From Camelus ferus (lineage: Eukaryota), in the NCBI RefSeq assembly GCF_009834535.1, contig NC_045697.1:37264001-37328000 (forward strand): DNA of 64,000 nucleotides, written 5' to 3'. The notes under the pieces are model-generated. The model ran no database searches. It saw only the letters and a program-made list of their open reading frames with translations, and was not told the DNA's origin. The position numbers and the translations under genes are program-made. Of this stretch, positions 51,101-63,597 are shown one piece after another. Position 1 is the first letter of the stretch; each line of letters begins with the position of its first letter.

Positions 51101-53049
51101 GTTGTGTAATGCTTATTATGTGTAATAAGCCCAAATACTTGTCTTTAATCATCATCAGTTAGGCAGGGCAAAGAAGGACACCTAAAAAGGGAAATAGAAA
51201 AAGACCACAGAGAAAGGCTCTTCTATCAGAGGCTATGATGCAAGCCCAGATCACACCCTTCACTTGGGTAAATGAATGCCCTGGACCACAAGAGATGGGC
51301 TCAGGGAACGCCGGATCTCTGATGGCTCCTGGGGAGTTGGAGATGATGCTGTATCAGGGATCCAGCTAACAGCCTACTTGTGGCTGGCGAGGTCCTTTCC
51401 TGCCTAGGAAAGATGCATTGCTGGATGCAGAAGATGAGGCATTGTCCCTCTCCTACAGGCCTGGGACATGCCTTTACTGGCAGACACAGGCAAATGCCGG
51501 GCCCTAAATACCAGACAGCTAACTTAACAGTCTTGGCCGTTACGGATAATCGGACCCAATTCACTTGGTGTTTAAAAAGTAAGTCATAATAGTCATAATA
51601 ATAGCAATAGTTCTGGTGTAGCTTGCAGATATGGCCCTGCTGCCTCCTTAGGTCAAGTAGAAAGCAGGTGCCTCATGGCACAGGGGCAGGCTGAGCTCTC
51701 AGCTGATACCTTGGGCCCTGGTCTGATGCCAGATGGGTGGCTCTGCCCTCTGCACACAGGGATGGAATCCCAGTCCAGCCGGGGGCCTCTGCTATCAGCT
51801 TGGTGGTTAGAGCCTCCAAACCTGTTTGGTCCTCTGCCCACAGATCCTGCCCCTGGCTCTTCCAAGGTGAGCCTCTGTCAGAGAAATAAAACAAGCGTCT
51901 AATTGATGTCTCAGGAAACCCCTCAAGAGGCATAAAAGGGATCAATCACCTAGATTTTATTAGGCTTTTTTATTTCTCATAATGGTAAAAAGCTATTCAC
52001 TTTGATGGTTCAGAAAAACAAAATGAAGGTGTTTTTTAGGCATTCTGCGCATCTGCTTGTGGATTAGCCAATCCAGGAAATGATTGAGGAACTGGGGAAG
52101 TGGACTCGGGGATAGTCATTTTGTTAATGAAGTAATTAATTGCTGTCTTGATATTCCAACTTCTTAAAGGAATTTAATTAGCTTATAAAAATACACAGGA
52201 AAATACTTGAAACGGAGAAAGTAAACATATTAATTGTCAAATACCCCAAACTTCCAGATTTAATGAAAATAAAGGAAAAAGAAGACTGGGGTTTTCCAAT
52301 GGAGGAAGGCATTAAGCTCCCAAGACAATCACCAACATTTCTGTGGAATCGTGAACTTGGATCCAGAAACTTTTGTTAAAACGGAAAACAGTTAACCTAC
52401 AATAAGTGCACATGTTTACACACATGACTGTCAAAATCTGTTGGTGTCCAATGGTATCATCTTATAAAGATACCTTCATATACTTTAAACCTTAATTTTA
52501 ATTTTAAAAAAATAAGAACTTATCTCAAATAAATAGATAGATGAGGCAATCAGGCCAAGGGGACAATAACGTTAGAAAATAAGAGAAATCTGGGAGTCAA
52601 GTGTGCAGATGAACCCTTTGTAGATGGAAGGCTCCAGTTTCACCATGAGTTTTCCAGCATTCAACCCAAGGAAAAGCACATGATAAGCTGAATATTTCTT
52701 GAAGTTCATTAGATTAAAACCAGATCATTCTCAAGGGAGGCAGGGAGGCAGATAGGTTCAGCTGTTTAATGTGAAGACTTTTTTGCCTGAACTGATTGAA
52801 TGGCCTTTGTTCCTAATTGTATAGAGGTGATGAAACAATTCAGTAAACTTAGTCAAGTATGAAAATAATTATCCAGCCAACTGGTGGTCAGTGGATTTGG
52901 GTATATGGTTTTCTCCCTGCTTTTTCCCTGGCAATATTAGTAACATTAATCCCCTGCCTCTAAATGGAATCTGGTGACAAGGAAAAGCCTCTGGGAAAAG
53001 GAAAATAAACTATTCAAATAAAAAATGTTATTAGAACTAACACTGAAAG

Positions 53050-53260
53050 CTTAAAAACCAAGAAGCTCTGAGTTCAGTTTCTGGCTCTGAATTGTTTGCT
53101 ATGCTATCCTGGGCATGTTACTTAACCTCTCTGAGGCTTTGCTTCATCCTCTGTAAAATGGTAACTATAATAGTACCTACCCTATGAGGATTAAATAATG
53201 TGTATAAAACATTTAACAGTATGTCTGTAATAAGCACTCAGTAAATATCAGGCTATGATC
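53050..53260 (+). mobile_element. MIR
   Basis: gggcatgttacttaacctctctgag...ctgtaaaatggtaactataatagtacctacc. Confidence 0.85.
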
Positions 53261-55032
53261 CGCTACACAAACTCATTAAATCCTCACCATATCCCTGTTA
53301 ATTAAGAGGGCATTTATTATTACTTTATTCTGTGGACTGCAGAAACATTTGGTGAAGAGAAGGGTTACCTAAGTGATCTAAATAAATGAGCTTCTCTGAA
53401 GGCCCTGTGATTCTAACACTACAGATTTCTTCCTTTGCATCAGTTTTTTTTAAATGTGAATAATAACCCACAATTAGTAGCACATTGATAGTTTTTATTT
53501 TGCTGGAGAGGGGGTATGCGGGATGCTCACCATAGTCCATAATACATAACTAGAATGTAGTCATCTTGTTTTGCTTTCATTATATTTTTTTTTATAGTTA
53601 ATTCCTATTAATGACAAGGTTACCAGTTGTTCATTTACAGAGGTGTTTTGCAATTTCTTTTTTCAGTAAATGTACTTGAGTTTTAGAGTTTGTTGACTTA
53701 AAGAACATTAAGATTAAAAAATACATTTGGTGAATGGATATGGCAAAAATCAATGGCCATGTCTGGGTAGCCCCATTTTAGAAACTGCTACTTTGTAAGG
53801 TAAAGTATGTCTTGTAAGGCCATCTCTTAATGGTTACTGCTTAAAATTCCAGTGTCTTCTCAACATTCCCTACACTCTAGTCACATAGAAGTACTTGCTA
53901 TTTCCCCCTTTGAGGCTCTTTTTTTTTGGTCTCTATAAGCTAGTTCTACTTACTGGAATGTGTTCTCTTCCTTACCACCTTAACAAGTGAATTCCTTCAA
54001 GACCACCCTATAAAACCTTTCCAGACACCACTGGTGACAGCCACCTTCAGTCATTCTCACCAAACTAAGCAGGGAGAATTCCCCATTCATTTGTGCTTCT
54101 CAGTCTGAGGACAACCTCACCAGAGTATGGTGTCTTCTATGGTATGTGTGTGCTTATGAACAATGTATAGTCACATTGTTAAGTACAGGGTTTTATAAGT
54201 ACTTATATCATCAAGTTTGTAGCTGTGTTATTCAAGTCTTCCGTATCTTTTATAATTTGTGTACTTTGAATCTACTAGTATATAAAAATCTACAACTATT
54301 ATGAAGAGTTTTAAAATTTCTCCTTATGATTTGACATGTTTGATTTCTGTGTTTTCATAGCATACTATCTGGTGCCTACAAGTTCACAATTATGGCATCT
54401 TTTTGGTTGGTCGTGACCATCTCCTGTGACCCTCTGTTTCTAGCGGGTAGCTAGATGCTGAATCAAGGGCAGAATTTGATCAAAATTAGCCCTCCACTAG
54501 AGGTGCAGAGAGCCTTGTGCTCAAGAAGAAAGAGAGTGCATCTGTTGGTGACAGGGCTCTGTCCCGTTTAGAAGTTATAGCCTAGAATCCAGGGCCACCC
54601 AGCTTTCCAAGGGCCTATGGAGATTGCAGAACCAAATAAAAAAGTAATGGCTTCCTAATATGTAAAGAAAAACAGTAAAACCAAAATTTATAAGCATTTA
54701 TTATCTTCAATGATAGTCAAATTTAAAATTTATAAAATATCATTATAAATTGAAAACAATCTATAGAGTAGATTTTCTTAACTTTACCAGAATTCCCAGG
54801 GATAAACAATGATTTGCCAAAATACCACGGCAAATTGTAAATTAAATGTTTTAAAAATAATAAGTAATTTAATAAGGAAAGTTATATTTTGAAATTTTAA
54901 TATCTTGGGTACAAACGGAGGTAGAAAAGTACATGGGATTATGAGAGTCTTAAAATGGCTTGAGTTAAGAGGATCTCAGAGGCGTCTTCAAGGAAATGCA
55001 TTTAAGTGGAGCCCTAAAGAATGGGAGTTTTT

Positions 55033-55145
55033 TTTTATATAAACATTTTTTTATTGAGTTACAGTCAGTTTACAATGTTGTGTCAAATTTCAGGGTAGAG
55101 CACAATTTTTCAGTTATACATGAACATACATACATTCATTGTCAC
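55033..55145 (-). mobile_element. Young 5'-truncated L1 3' end with perfect TSD
   Basis: 16-bp TSD aagaatgggagttttt (55017-55032 / 55146-55161) followed by aa, a TTTT/AA endonuclease site. Confidence 0.9.
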
Positions 55146-56199
55146 AAGAATGGGAGTTTTTAACAAGAGCAGTTGAATAGGCAGAGGGCATTTTGCACAG
55201 AGATAACAGCAACAATGCTGAGGCCAAAATGTGCACTAAGATTTGAAGGACAGAGAAGAATTTGGTTGGGGAGAGGGAATTGGGGCTGAAACTCTCAAAC
55301 CCTGAAAGGCCTCGAATGCCTTGACTGGAGGTTGGAAATTCACTGTTTGAAATGTGAGCAACAAAGGACAGCTCCAGAACTGGACATGCCGCTCAGGATC
55401 ATTACTCACTAGAGACATGCTCTACGGTTTCTCTTCCCAAACTGAATTTGTTTTCATTTTGGTCTGGGCCATCTGGCTGCTGACAAGGCATACAGCAGTG
55501 AAGAAGAAAGAGGCCAAGAGGCCAGAATGTGCAACTGCTCCCCACTCCCCTCCCCACCCGGGCTGTCCCCCCCCCCCCACCGCCGCCGCCTCACCCCTGT
55601 ACATCCATCCATTAACACACAATTAATCCCCTGGCTCTTTCAAAGCCTGGACCTCCCACCTCTCCCGCCCCTTAGCAATTAAAGCCCTGCCAGTTAAAAG
55701 GCCAGAGAGAACAGGTGTGTTTCACACTCGGTTTCACTTTCCTGCAAGGTGCCAGACGGGCAGCCCCAGAGACCACAGATGTCTTTGTTCATTTAACAGC
55801 ATTGGTTGGTAGCCAGACAGTCTCTCTGCCTGTTGGTAACTTCAGGTGCGATCAGGAAGGGCAGGGAACCTCCTTGCTCCTGCTAATTCCTCTACTTCAA
55901 GGCTTGGCATATTGGGAGAAGCCCTACCAGGGAAGAGGGTGTCCTGAAGGCACTGCTCTGCCCTGGGAATCCATTCATTCATTCATTCAGTCTGTTAGTC
56001 AGTCAATCAACACCATTCACTGAGCCAGGAGGAGCAGTCACTCTGCTACTGTGTGAGAGATTCAAAGTGGGTAAAAAGTAGTCTTGCTTTGTAAGAGATT
56101 CGGTCTAGTAGCAAAGATGCAAACATAATTTCATATAATTTAGGAAGTGTAGCAATAAAGATATGGAATTTATATAAAGTGTTCTAAACTTTTATATAA

Positions 56200-56445
56200 A
56201 TTTATATAATTCTTAACAGGGTGTACTGTTCTACACCCTGGACATATATTAACTCATTTAATCCATGTAACAACCTTATTAGAGAATTAGATATACTACT
56301 ATCCCTATTGTACAAATGTGAAAACAGGTATTAAAAGTTTAAGTAAATTTCCCAAGTTCACCCACCTTGCCAATGGTTCCGAGATACTGAATGATAGAAC
56401 TGAGTTTTGGATCAGGCAGCCTGCCTATAGGATCCAAGGTCTTAG
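56200..56445 (-). mobile_element. MIR
   Basis: attaactcatttaatccatgtaacaacc...gttaagtaaatttcccaagttcac. Confidence 0.75.
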
Positions 56446-56516
56446 CTGGATGGAGGCCCATGAGAGACATATTTTGGAAATTAATTCTCTGGAGCCTAGA
56501 CCTCAGGTAGCCACAA

Positions 56517-56586
56517 GTATCCCTTAGCCCAGCCCCAGATGATCATCATTCGTATCCCTTAGCCCAGCCCCAGGTGATCATCATTC
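56517..56586. repeat. 35-bp tandem duplication (2 copies, 1 mismatch)
   Basis: gtatcccttagcccagccccag(a/g)tgatcatcattc x2. Confidence 0.95.
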
Positions 56587-57245
56587 ATTAAAAGTAAATC
56601 TTTAAAGGCCCAAGTCAGGGCTGTCCTTGCTGCAGAGGTGAGTGGGAGCTGTGATCCATCCCGGCTCTGATCAAGGCTCAGTCGCACCAGCCAGGGGAGA
56701 AGAAGCCTTGTAGCAACTCTTTGCCTTCCAAGGGGCACCGTTTCAAATTCATACAAAGACACTGTATGGGCCACCCCTGTGCTGTGTGCAGACATGCCTT
56801 CTATAGAAAGCCCAGGATATGACCAAAAGCTTCTCTCGGGAGTTGAGATAATAAACCAACAGTTCCTAACAACTTCTCTGGCCTGAGCCAACCTCCTCCT
56901 CTTGGCCAGCTAATCCCAGCCTCATTACTGAGTTTGATGCCATTGTTCATCTGGCAGAAGAGCAATGCTCCAAACCAAGATGAATGGCTAAGCTCTAAGG
57001 AAGGAGGATTTGTCAGGTGTCACCATCAGCAGACACCTGGGGAGGCAGCACTGCACCCTTAGGAAGGATAACTGAGGGCACCCAAGTAAGGTGGGAAGGC
57101 CTTCTTGGGAAGTAGAAAGGGGACAAGGGATCTAAGAGATGGCAGTCGTCTCCCCATGATTCTTTGAGGTTGTAAGCAGAAAAAAAAGTTGTCGAAGCAG
57201 CAAAGTGTGGGAGAGAAAGAAGACCTCAGCCCTCCCAGCCCCAGC

Positions 57246-57602
57246 TGTGGTCTGTTCAGGCTGCTGTGACGCAGCACCACAGCCTGGGCGGTGCACAAAC
57301 AGCAGACGTTCATGTCTCACAGTCTGGAGGCTGGGAGGTCCAAGATCAAGACACTGGCAGATTTAGTGTCCAGTGAGAGCCTGATTCATAGTCCACTGGC
57401 AGCCGTCTTCTCTGTGTCCTCACGTGGTGGAAGGGGCAAGGGAGCTCTCTGGGGCCTCTTCTGCAAGGGCACTAATGCCATTCATGGGGTCTCCACCCTC
57501 GTGACCTAGTCACCTCTCTCCTAAAACTCTCATGTGAGGAGTGGGCTTCAACATAGGAAATCTGCAGGGAAAGGGGGGGACACCAACATTCAGTTTATAG
57601 CA
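57246..57602 (-). mobile_element. MLT1A solo LTR
   Basis: tctcacagtctggaggctgggaggtccaagatcaag...agggcactaatgccattcatg...caacattcagtttatagca. Confidence 0.9.
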
Positions 57603-57619
57603 GACCCAAAGTCTGTTTT

Positions 57620-58277
57620 TAATACAAATATCATATAGCTCATCCTTTATTACCTTGAACTGAAATGTATAGCTAATATAACCACCATCATACATAATTT
57701 TTAAAAAATCAATATAAAAATCAATGTAGTATAAAATAAATAAAAGGAAAGTAATTTACAACAAAGTAATGTGTATTTCAGTCACAAATGCTTAGGCACG
57801 ACCACACCAAGATGTAGCGATGACTGTCAGGTGCTAGATCTTTACAGAGAAGCACTATGAATGCACAATCACAAATGCTGACAAATTGAGCTGAGCTGTG
57901 ATGACGACTTGTATGCCATGAGGGCTGTTGCCACAGGTGACATGATTTTTGAAAATGGTGAACAATTCTTGTTAAAGTTTCCAAAAAGTCAAAGTACAAC
58001 CATCCCTTGCTTCGTATGATTGTTCTATTGCTGGGACAATGAGCATGTATTAAAATGATGCCGAAAGTGCTCTGTATTTATGGGTACAATTGAGTTAGTT
58101 TGGGGATTCATAAGTAGAAAGACACTTTTCACCTACTTGTAAGTCTGGAGTGAATTTGTGTGGGACTGTCCTATGCATTGCCAGAGATGTTTCCTCCAAC
58201 ATTATGACAACTAAAGATACCTCACATGTGTCCAAAATCCTCCTAGGGCTGGAAACACCCTGGCACTGAAACAATGG
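57620..58277. mobile_element. MER20B-like hAT element
   Basis: ggtgacatgatttttgaaaatggtgaacaattcttgttaaagtt; MER20-like end tgtgtgggactgtcctatgcattgc...atgacaactaaa. Confidence 0.55.
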
Positions 58278-58521
58278 TGTCAATTTTACTGTGGAAACCA
58301 AATAAACTTACAAGAGATCAATACACATGAATTCATTTATTCATTCAACAAACATTTAGAAAATACTTGTTTTGACTAATGAAGTTATTCATTTATTTAA
58401 CAAGTATTTATTGAGTGTATGTGAAGAGCTAAAGGTTATATCAAGATGTATACGGTTTGGTCCTTCCTCTCAAGGACCTTATAGTCTAATATTCAAGGTA
58501 AATTCAAATGTAAGAATAACA

Positions 58522-59300
58522 TTGGGACAGAATAAGAAATATATATTTGATTTCTGCCTGCCTTGCTGCTTTCCTGACAAGCAGCTCCTAAAACCCTTGG
58601 AATCTCCTCTGTGATAAGTGTCTTTTTGTATGCTAATGAGATGACAGGTGGCTGGAGGCTCCAGGACAGCCTCACAGTGGGGTCTGGTTACTAGAGGAAC
58701 TAGCTAGTGATTAGACAGTTGGAATTTTCAGCTCTACCCACTGATCTTGAGGGAGGGGGAAAGGGCTGAAGACTCAGTTCAAGCACCAATTGTCAATGAT
58801 TTAATCAAGTATTCCTACCTGATGGAACGTCCATAAAAACCCTAAACAATGCAATTTAGAGAGCTTCCCGGTTGGGGAACACGTGGAGATGCTGAGAGGG
58901 TGGCGCGCCCTGAGAAGGCACGGAAGCTCAGCACTCCTTGCCTACACCTTGCCCTGCGCATCTCTCCCATCTGGTTGGTTCTGAGTTGTACCCTATTCTA
59001 ATAAACTGGTACTCTGGTAAATTTTTTTCCTGAGTTTTGAGAGCCATTCTAGCAAATTATCAAACCCTAAGGAAAAGGTCGTGGAAGCCCTGGATCGATG
59101 GCTGGCTGGTCAGAAGCACAGGTGACAGCATGGACTTACGAGAGGTGTCTGAAGCCTTGTGGGACCAAGCGCTTCCCCTGTGGGGTCTGCGCCCTCTGGG
59201 CAGTAAGTGGCAGTTAAACGTATGACACCAAGAGCCGGAGAATTGCTTGGTGTGGAAAAGCCCGTACATAGTGTCAGCAGTGCTGTGAGGAGGGGAGCAG
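58522..59300 (+). mobile_element. MER21-like ERV LTR
   Basis: gctcctaaaacccttggaatctcct...gtatgctaatgagatgac...caatgatttaatcaa...ccataaaaaccc...aataaactggta...gagccattctagcaaatta. Confidence 0.85.
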
Positions 59301-59334
59301 AGAAGGAACAGTAGTTTACTTAAACATTGGAACA

Positions 59335-59633
59335 CAGCCATGCCTAGCTTTGTTACGCTGCTTTTACTGTACTTCATAGATTCTGCGTTTTCTGCAAATT
59401 GAAGATCCGTGACAACCCTGCGTTGAACAAGTCTATAGCTGCCATTTTTCCAATAGCATTATTTTTAAATTAAGGTTGTTTTCTTAGACTACTGCACACT
59501 TAATACAGTATAGTATAAATATAACTTTTGTATGCACTGGGAAACCAAAGAATTCATGTGGATCATTTTACTGTGATACTCACTTTATTTCAGTGGCCTG
59601 GAACCGAACATGGAGTATCTCTGAGGTTTGCTG
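59335..59633. mobile_element. Tigger1-derived internally deleted MITE
   Basis: Tigger1 5' part (aaattgaagatccgtgacaaccctgcgttgaacaagtct) joined to 3' part (tgcactgggaaaccaaa...ggaaccgaac...tatctctgaggtttgctg-ta). Confidence 0.85.
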
Positions 59634-59811
59634 TAATAAATTGCTGTGGAAAATGAAGAGTGAAAAAAAGCACAAGTAGATAAAGATGTATTTGATTTGT
59701 ACTTACTTGCATGAAAAAAATGAGATCCTAGTTTCCAATGTCCAAGGTTCCTCAACTCTCCCACTGAATCCCAAGGAAGGAGATTTCTAGTACTTGGTCA
59801 TGTGTACAGCA

Positions 59812-59817
59812 CTCACA

Positions 59818-59863
<46 letters not shown>
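59812..59863. repeat. (CA)n microsatellite
   Basis: Direct observation. Confidence 0.97.
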
Positions 59864-59865
<2 letters not shown>

Positions 59866-60504
59866 ATACTCACAGATTGTTTATACACTGAGGGCTTCCA
59901 TAGTTCTGTGTCGAGAGGAAGTTAAAACAAGAGCCTCCAGGCTACGAAGTTGTGACCCAGCCGCCCTGGAGTGAACAGGAAAGCAGAAACACAACTGGCT
60001 CAGAAGGAAAAAAAGTATTTCTGTCTCGCTTGCATCTTGGGAGGTGTGGGACAGAAGATTGTAAAGGAGGAGCATGGGCTCATAGTAGAAGAAAAGTTTC
60101 AGCGCCCTCCCCGCAAGAGGGCTTTCCAGCTGTCTCCTCCACTCCCAGGTGGGAACGACAACTCTTTTCTTGCCACACGACATCCAGGGCTGTGTCTAGA
60201 TGCTTCATTACACTTCTCTTCTCATCAGTCTGGATGAAATTACACCTCCTACCAAATTACGAGTCCTTTGGAGGCAGGGGCTCTGTTTTGTTTTTTCATT
60301 ATTTTAATCCCAGAATTTTGCTGACAACGTGGAAGGAGCAGAGCAGGTACCCAACAGAGTTTTGTTGAATGAATAGAAGGAAGGAAAGAGGGGAGAGAGA
60401 GGGGAGGAGACAGAGTAGCTGGTCTGTCTCAGTCCCCTTAGGTATCCCAATAGGCAGAAACAGCAGCCTGGCCAGTGAGCCAGAGGCAAGAACAAAGAAG
60501 GAAT

Positions 60505-60630
60505 GACCGATAGATGACAGATAGATGGATAGATAGAAAATAGATCATAGGTGGATAGATAGATAATAGATCTATAAATAGATAGATAATAGGTAGGTAA
60601 ATAGATCTGTAGATAGATAATAGATAGACA
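60505..60630. repeat. Degenerate (GATA)n tetranucleotide repeat
   Basis: Direct observation. Confidence 0.9.
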
Positions 60631-61249
60631 TGATACGGCCCATTCATTTGCTATTGTTTGATATTCTCTCAGTAGTGAATGTGTCTCACTCTTCAGTTAA
60701 AACCAAAAGGGTTAAAAACGTAAATTCCTGAATGAAACACACACTGACATGACTGAGTTTTAGGCAAAGCATAAATGATGATATTAGATTCTTTCTTACT
60801 TTGGAAGGTTAAGGAGCAGTCTGTTTGGTGGGAGAGGAGGCCCCTGAAGAGGAAAATGCTCTTAAAAAGGGACCCAGGGCCCGAGGGCCTAACTCTCCAA
60901 GTATGCCTCCTGTGCCCACAGTGCCGGCTGCCAGCACGGCTGGTCGTGTTGTGCCCCCCCGGGGCCCCTGCACCATGCCCACCTCTGCAGGCTTCTGCTC
61001 CTGGGAGATAATAAACTGCTCACGAGGCATTCTTAAGCAGTTGCTTAAAAATACAGCGTTGCGTGATTCTGGGAAGGCCGCATAAACCCCAGCATGTAGG
61101 AATCTTGAGATAAGCTTTCCATTTTACTGAGCACGGCTCAAGCGCTTCCTAGAATATTGTATCTGAGCCCTGTAATTACAGAGGGAAGAGGAAGACTGGG
61201 AGAGGTTCCGAGAAGAATTGTAAGGATATTAAAGGGTAGGAAACAATAA

Positions 61250-61340
61250 TGCTTATGGGGGAAAAAACTGAAAGAACTGGGGTTATTTAGACTGAAGGAC
61301 AGAGGGTCAAGGAGCAGAGTAACAATAATCTTCAAACACA
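61250..61340 (+). mobile_element. CR1/L3 fragment
   Basis: actgaaagaactggggttatttagactgaaggacagagg...aatcttcaaa resembles the CR1/L3 3' end. Confidence 0.6.
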
Positions 61341-61775
61341 CTCATCTTGGTGTCAGAGAACCAGGCTAATTCCTCCCTGATAAAATACCCTTTTGGGGCC
61401 CAGCTGCTCTTTCTGTATGGACTTGTTAGCAAAAGAAGACAGGATTCAGCAAAAGGGAAGAGCTGAGTGGTCACAAGATGCCTGACTGGCCTGGATCTCG
61501 GTCATGTGCCCTGGGCAGGACCTAGGGAGCCAGGGTAAGCACGAAGCCCGGGTGGGGGTGCAAGTCTTTCTCAACAGTGTAAACTCATGATGTTGGATGC
61601 CCCCAGCATCAGTGAAAACCTTAGTGTGGGCCTAAGAAATCTGCCCCTGCAACCAGGTTTATTTATCCATTAAAGCTTATTTATTTTCCCATTGTGAGAA
61701 TAATACACACTGTCTTTAAGGAAACCAGTTGCTTCTTAAATAAAAGCAAGTCCAGAGTTGCCAATGAGAGGAGAC

Positions 61776-61777
<2 letters not shown>

Positions 61778-61836
<59 letters not shown>
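61778..61836. repeat. (TG)n microsatellite
   Basis: Direct observation. Confidence 0.97.
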
Positions 61837-61838
<2 letters not shown>

Positions 61839-63597
61839 ATGTGGAGGAGGCAGGGGAAGTAGGGGGTCAGAGGGTGGCCAGGACTAAATTGGGAAACTTA
61901 ACGTACAGCTGCACAATGCAGGTTTACAAAGACTTAGCTTCCCAACTTCAGCCTGGGGATGCTCTCCCGCAAGGATCCCGTTTCAGCTCTCGGAGAGAAG
62001 CTGCCAGCTCCGGTGGTAACGCCAAGCCTCCATCCTACCTGGTGGCACTGAATGGAGAATCTCAGGATGGAGTCAGCCATCCATCCCTTCCCAAATCTCC
62101 TTCTCAATTCTCCTACCATTTCCAACCTTAGAGAACCAGAAATCCATTCTATCAAGGAAGTGGACAAATATCAAAAAACTATTGAGGAATAAAAATGGGG
62201 AAACCTTCCCCAGTCCGTCATACAAAGACATACATGATACCATATGTGTATAAGATCTTGCTACTTTTTTCCTCCTATTTTAGTTAAGTTTGATTACAAA
62301 GGTTGGTACAATGTGGAACCCATCTTTATAAATACGTATGTATATGCATACTTTCATTAAAAAGACTGGAAGGAAGTAAACCAAAATACAACTTGGTTAT
62401 CTCTAGAAGTAGGGTTATAAATTATTTTATTTTTGATGCTGTCGTGATTGGTATTCTCCACAATTACTGTATTTCACTTTCATAAAAGGAAGAAATACAT
62501 TATTGTGCAAAAATAGCACAACAGTTTCCCATATTATTATGAAAGCTGTGACCACACCATTTCTAATGGCTATTTGGTCAAGGGGGTGGTCAATGTTTCA
62601 CTTAACTAGTCCTCCCCACACTGCTGAAGTTTGATAATGTCAAGTAAAAGGACATATTCTCAATAGGGTCACTTCCTTAAGATAGATCCCCAGAGGCGAA
62701 GTTACCAAGTGAAGTGGTTTGAATACTGCTGAAGTCCCAGTGAATTTTGACAGCCGAAGTGAACGACAAGCAGGCTCTGCTTCTGATTCCCATTTTTAAA
62801 GCTCTTACATACATATTTTTATTTCCTGCTGATTTTCGGGCTCACATGCTTTCATTGTCCCTGCCTTCCTGTGCTATTGATTCCCCGTGGTCCTTCCTGT
62901 CCCATTTCTCTCCCTCATTCCCTTGCGGATGCCTTAAGGCACCCGGTGTTATAGTTTTTCCGCAGGCGTCTCCCTTCTCGCTCCTGCCGATGAGACGACA
63001 CTATTACTAGCTTCCAAACGTCCATTTCCATCTTCTTGAAATTTAGGACACAAGAAAGAAGTAATAAGCATGCTAAAGTGGCAGGACCATGGCATCTGCC
63101 CTGAGGGGTTGTCACAAGCAATAAATGCTCACTCCACTAACACCATGAATAGCCTTAAAAAAGTTAATAAACCTAAGGTCATTTACACACTTTTGATGAT
63201 ATCTCTTTGATGCCTTGAATACAGCATATTGTCTCCATGCCTGTCCAGATAGGCAGCCATAAAATACGGGGAGTTATTTTTAAGTTTCTGCATTGCATGT
63301 GATTTACAGACAGACTACTTACAGACGATCGTAGATGTAAAGACACTACTCTTCGCCTTCACTTTTTGCCTGAAAAAATTAGCCAAACAGTGCCAACATG
63401 AATGTAAGCATTAGGACCCTGACTCAGATTCCCCACTGCTGAAAGTTCGTGATCTAAGCCAGGGGGTCCCTGGCTTTTTCAGAGTTGTACCGTTCATTTT
63501 ATGTAATAAGCCCCATTCTTTGCTCTTCCCATCTCACGAACTATTTATGGTTTTATTACTTTCGTCATGTTCAGAGATTTCACAGCTATCAAAGACT

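Noticed and set aside
54490..54510. CTCF-like ccactagaggtgcag (also at about 32257, 44335 and 62036)
   Set aside because: Mismatches in core positions; cannot be supported without a PWM scan or ChIP data
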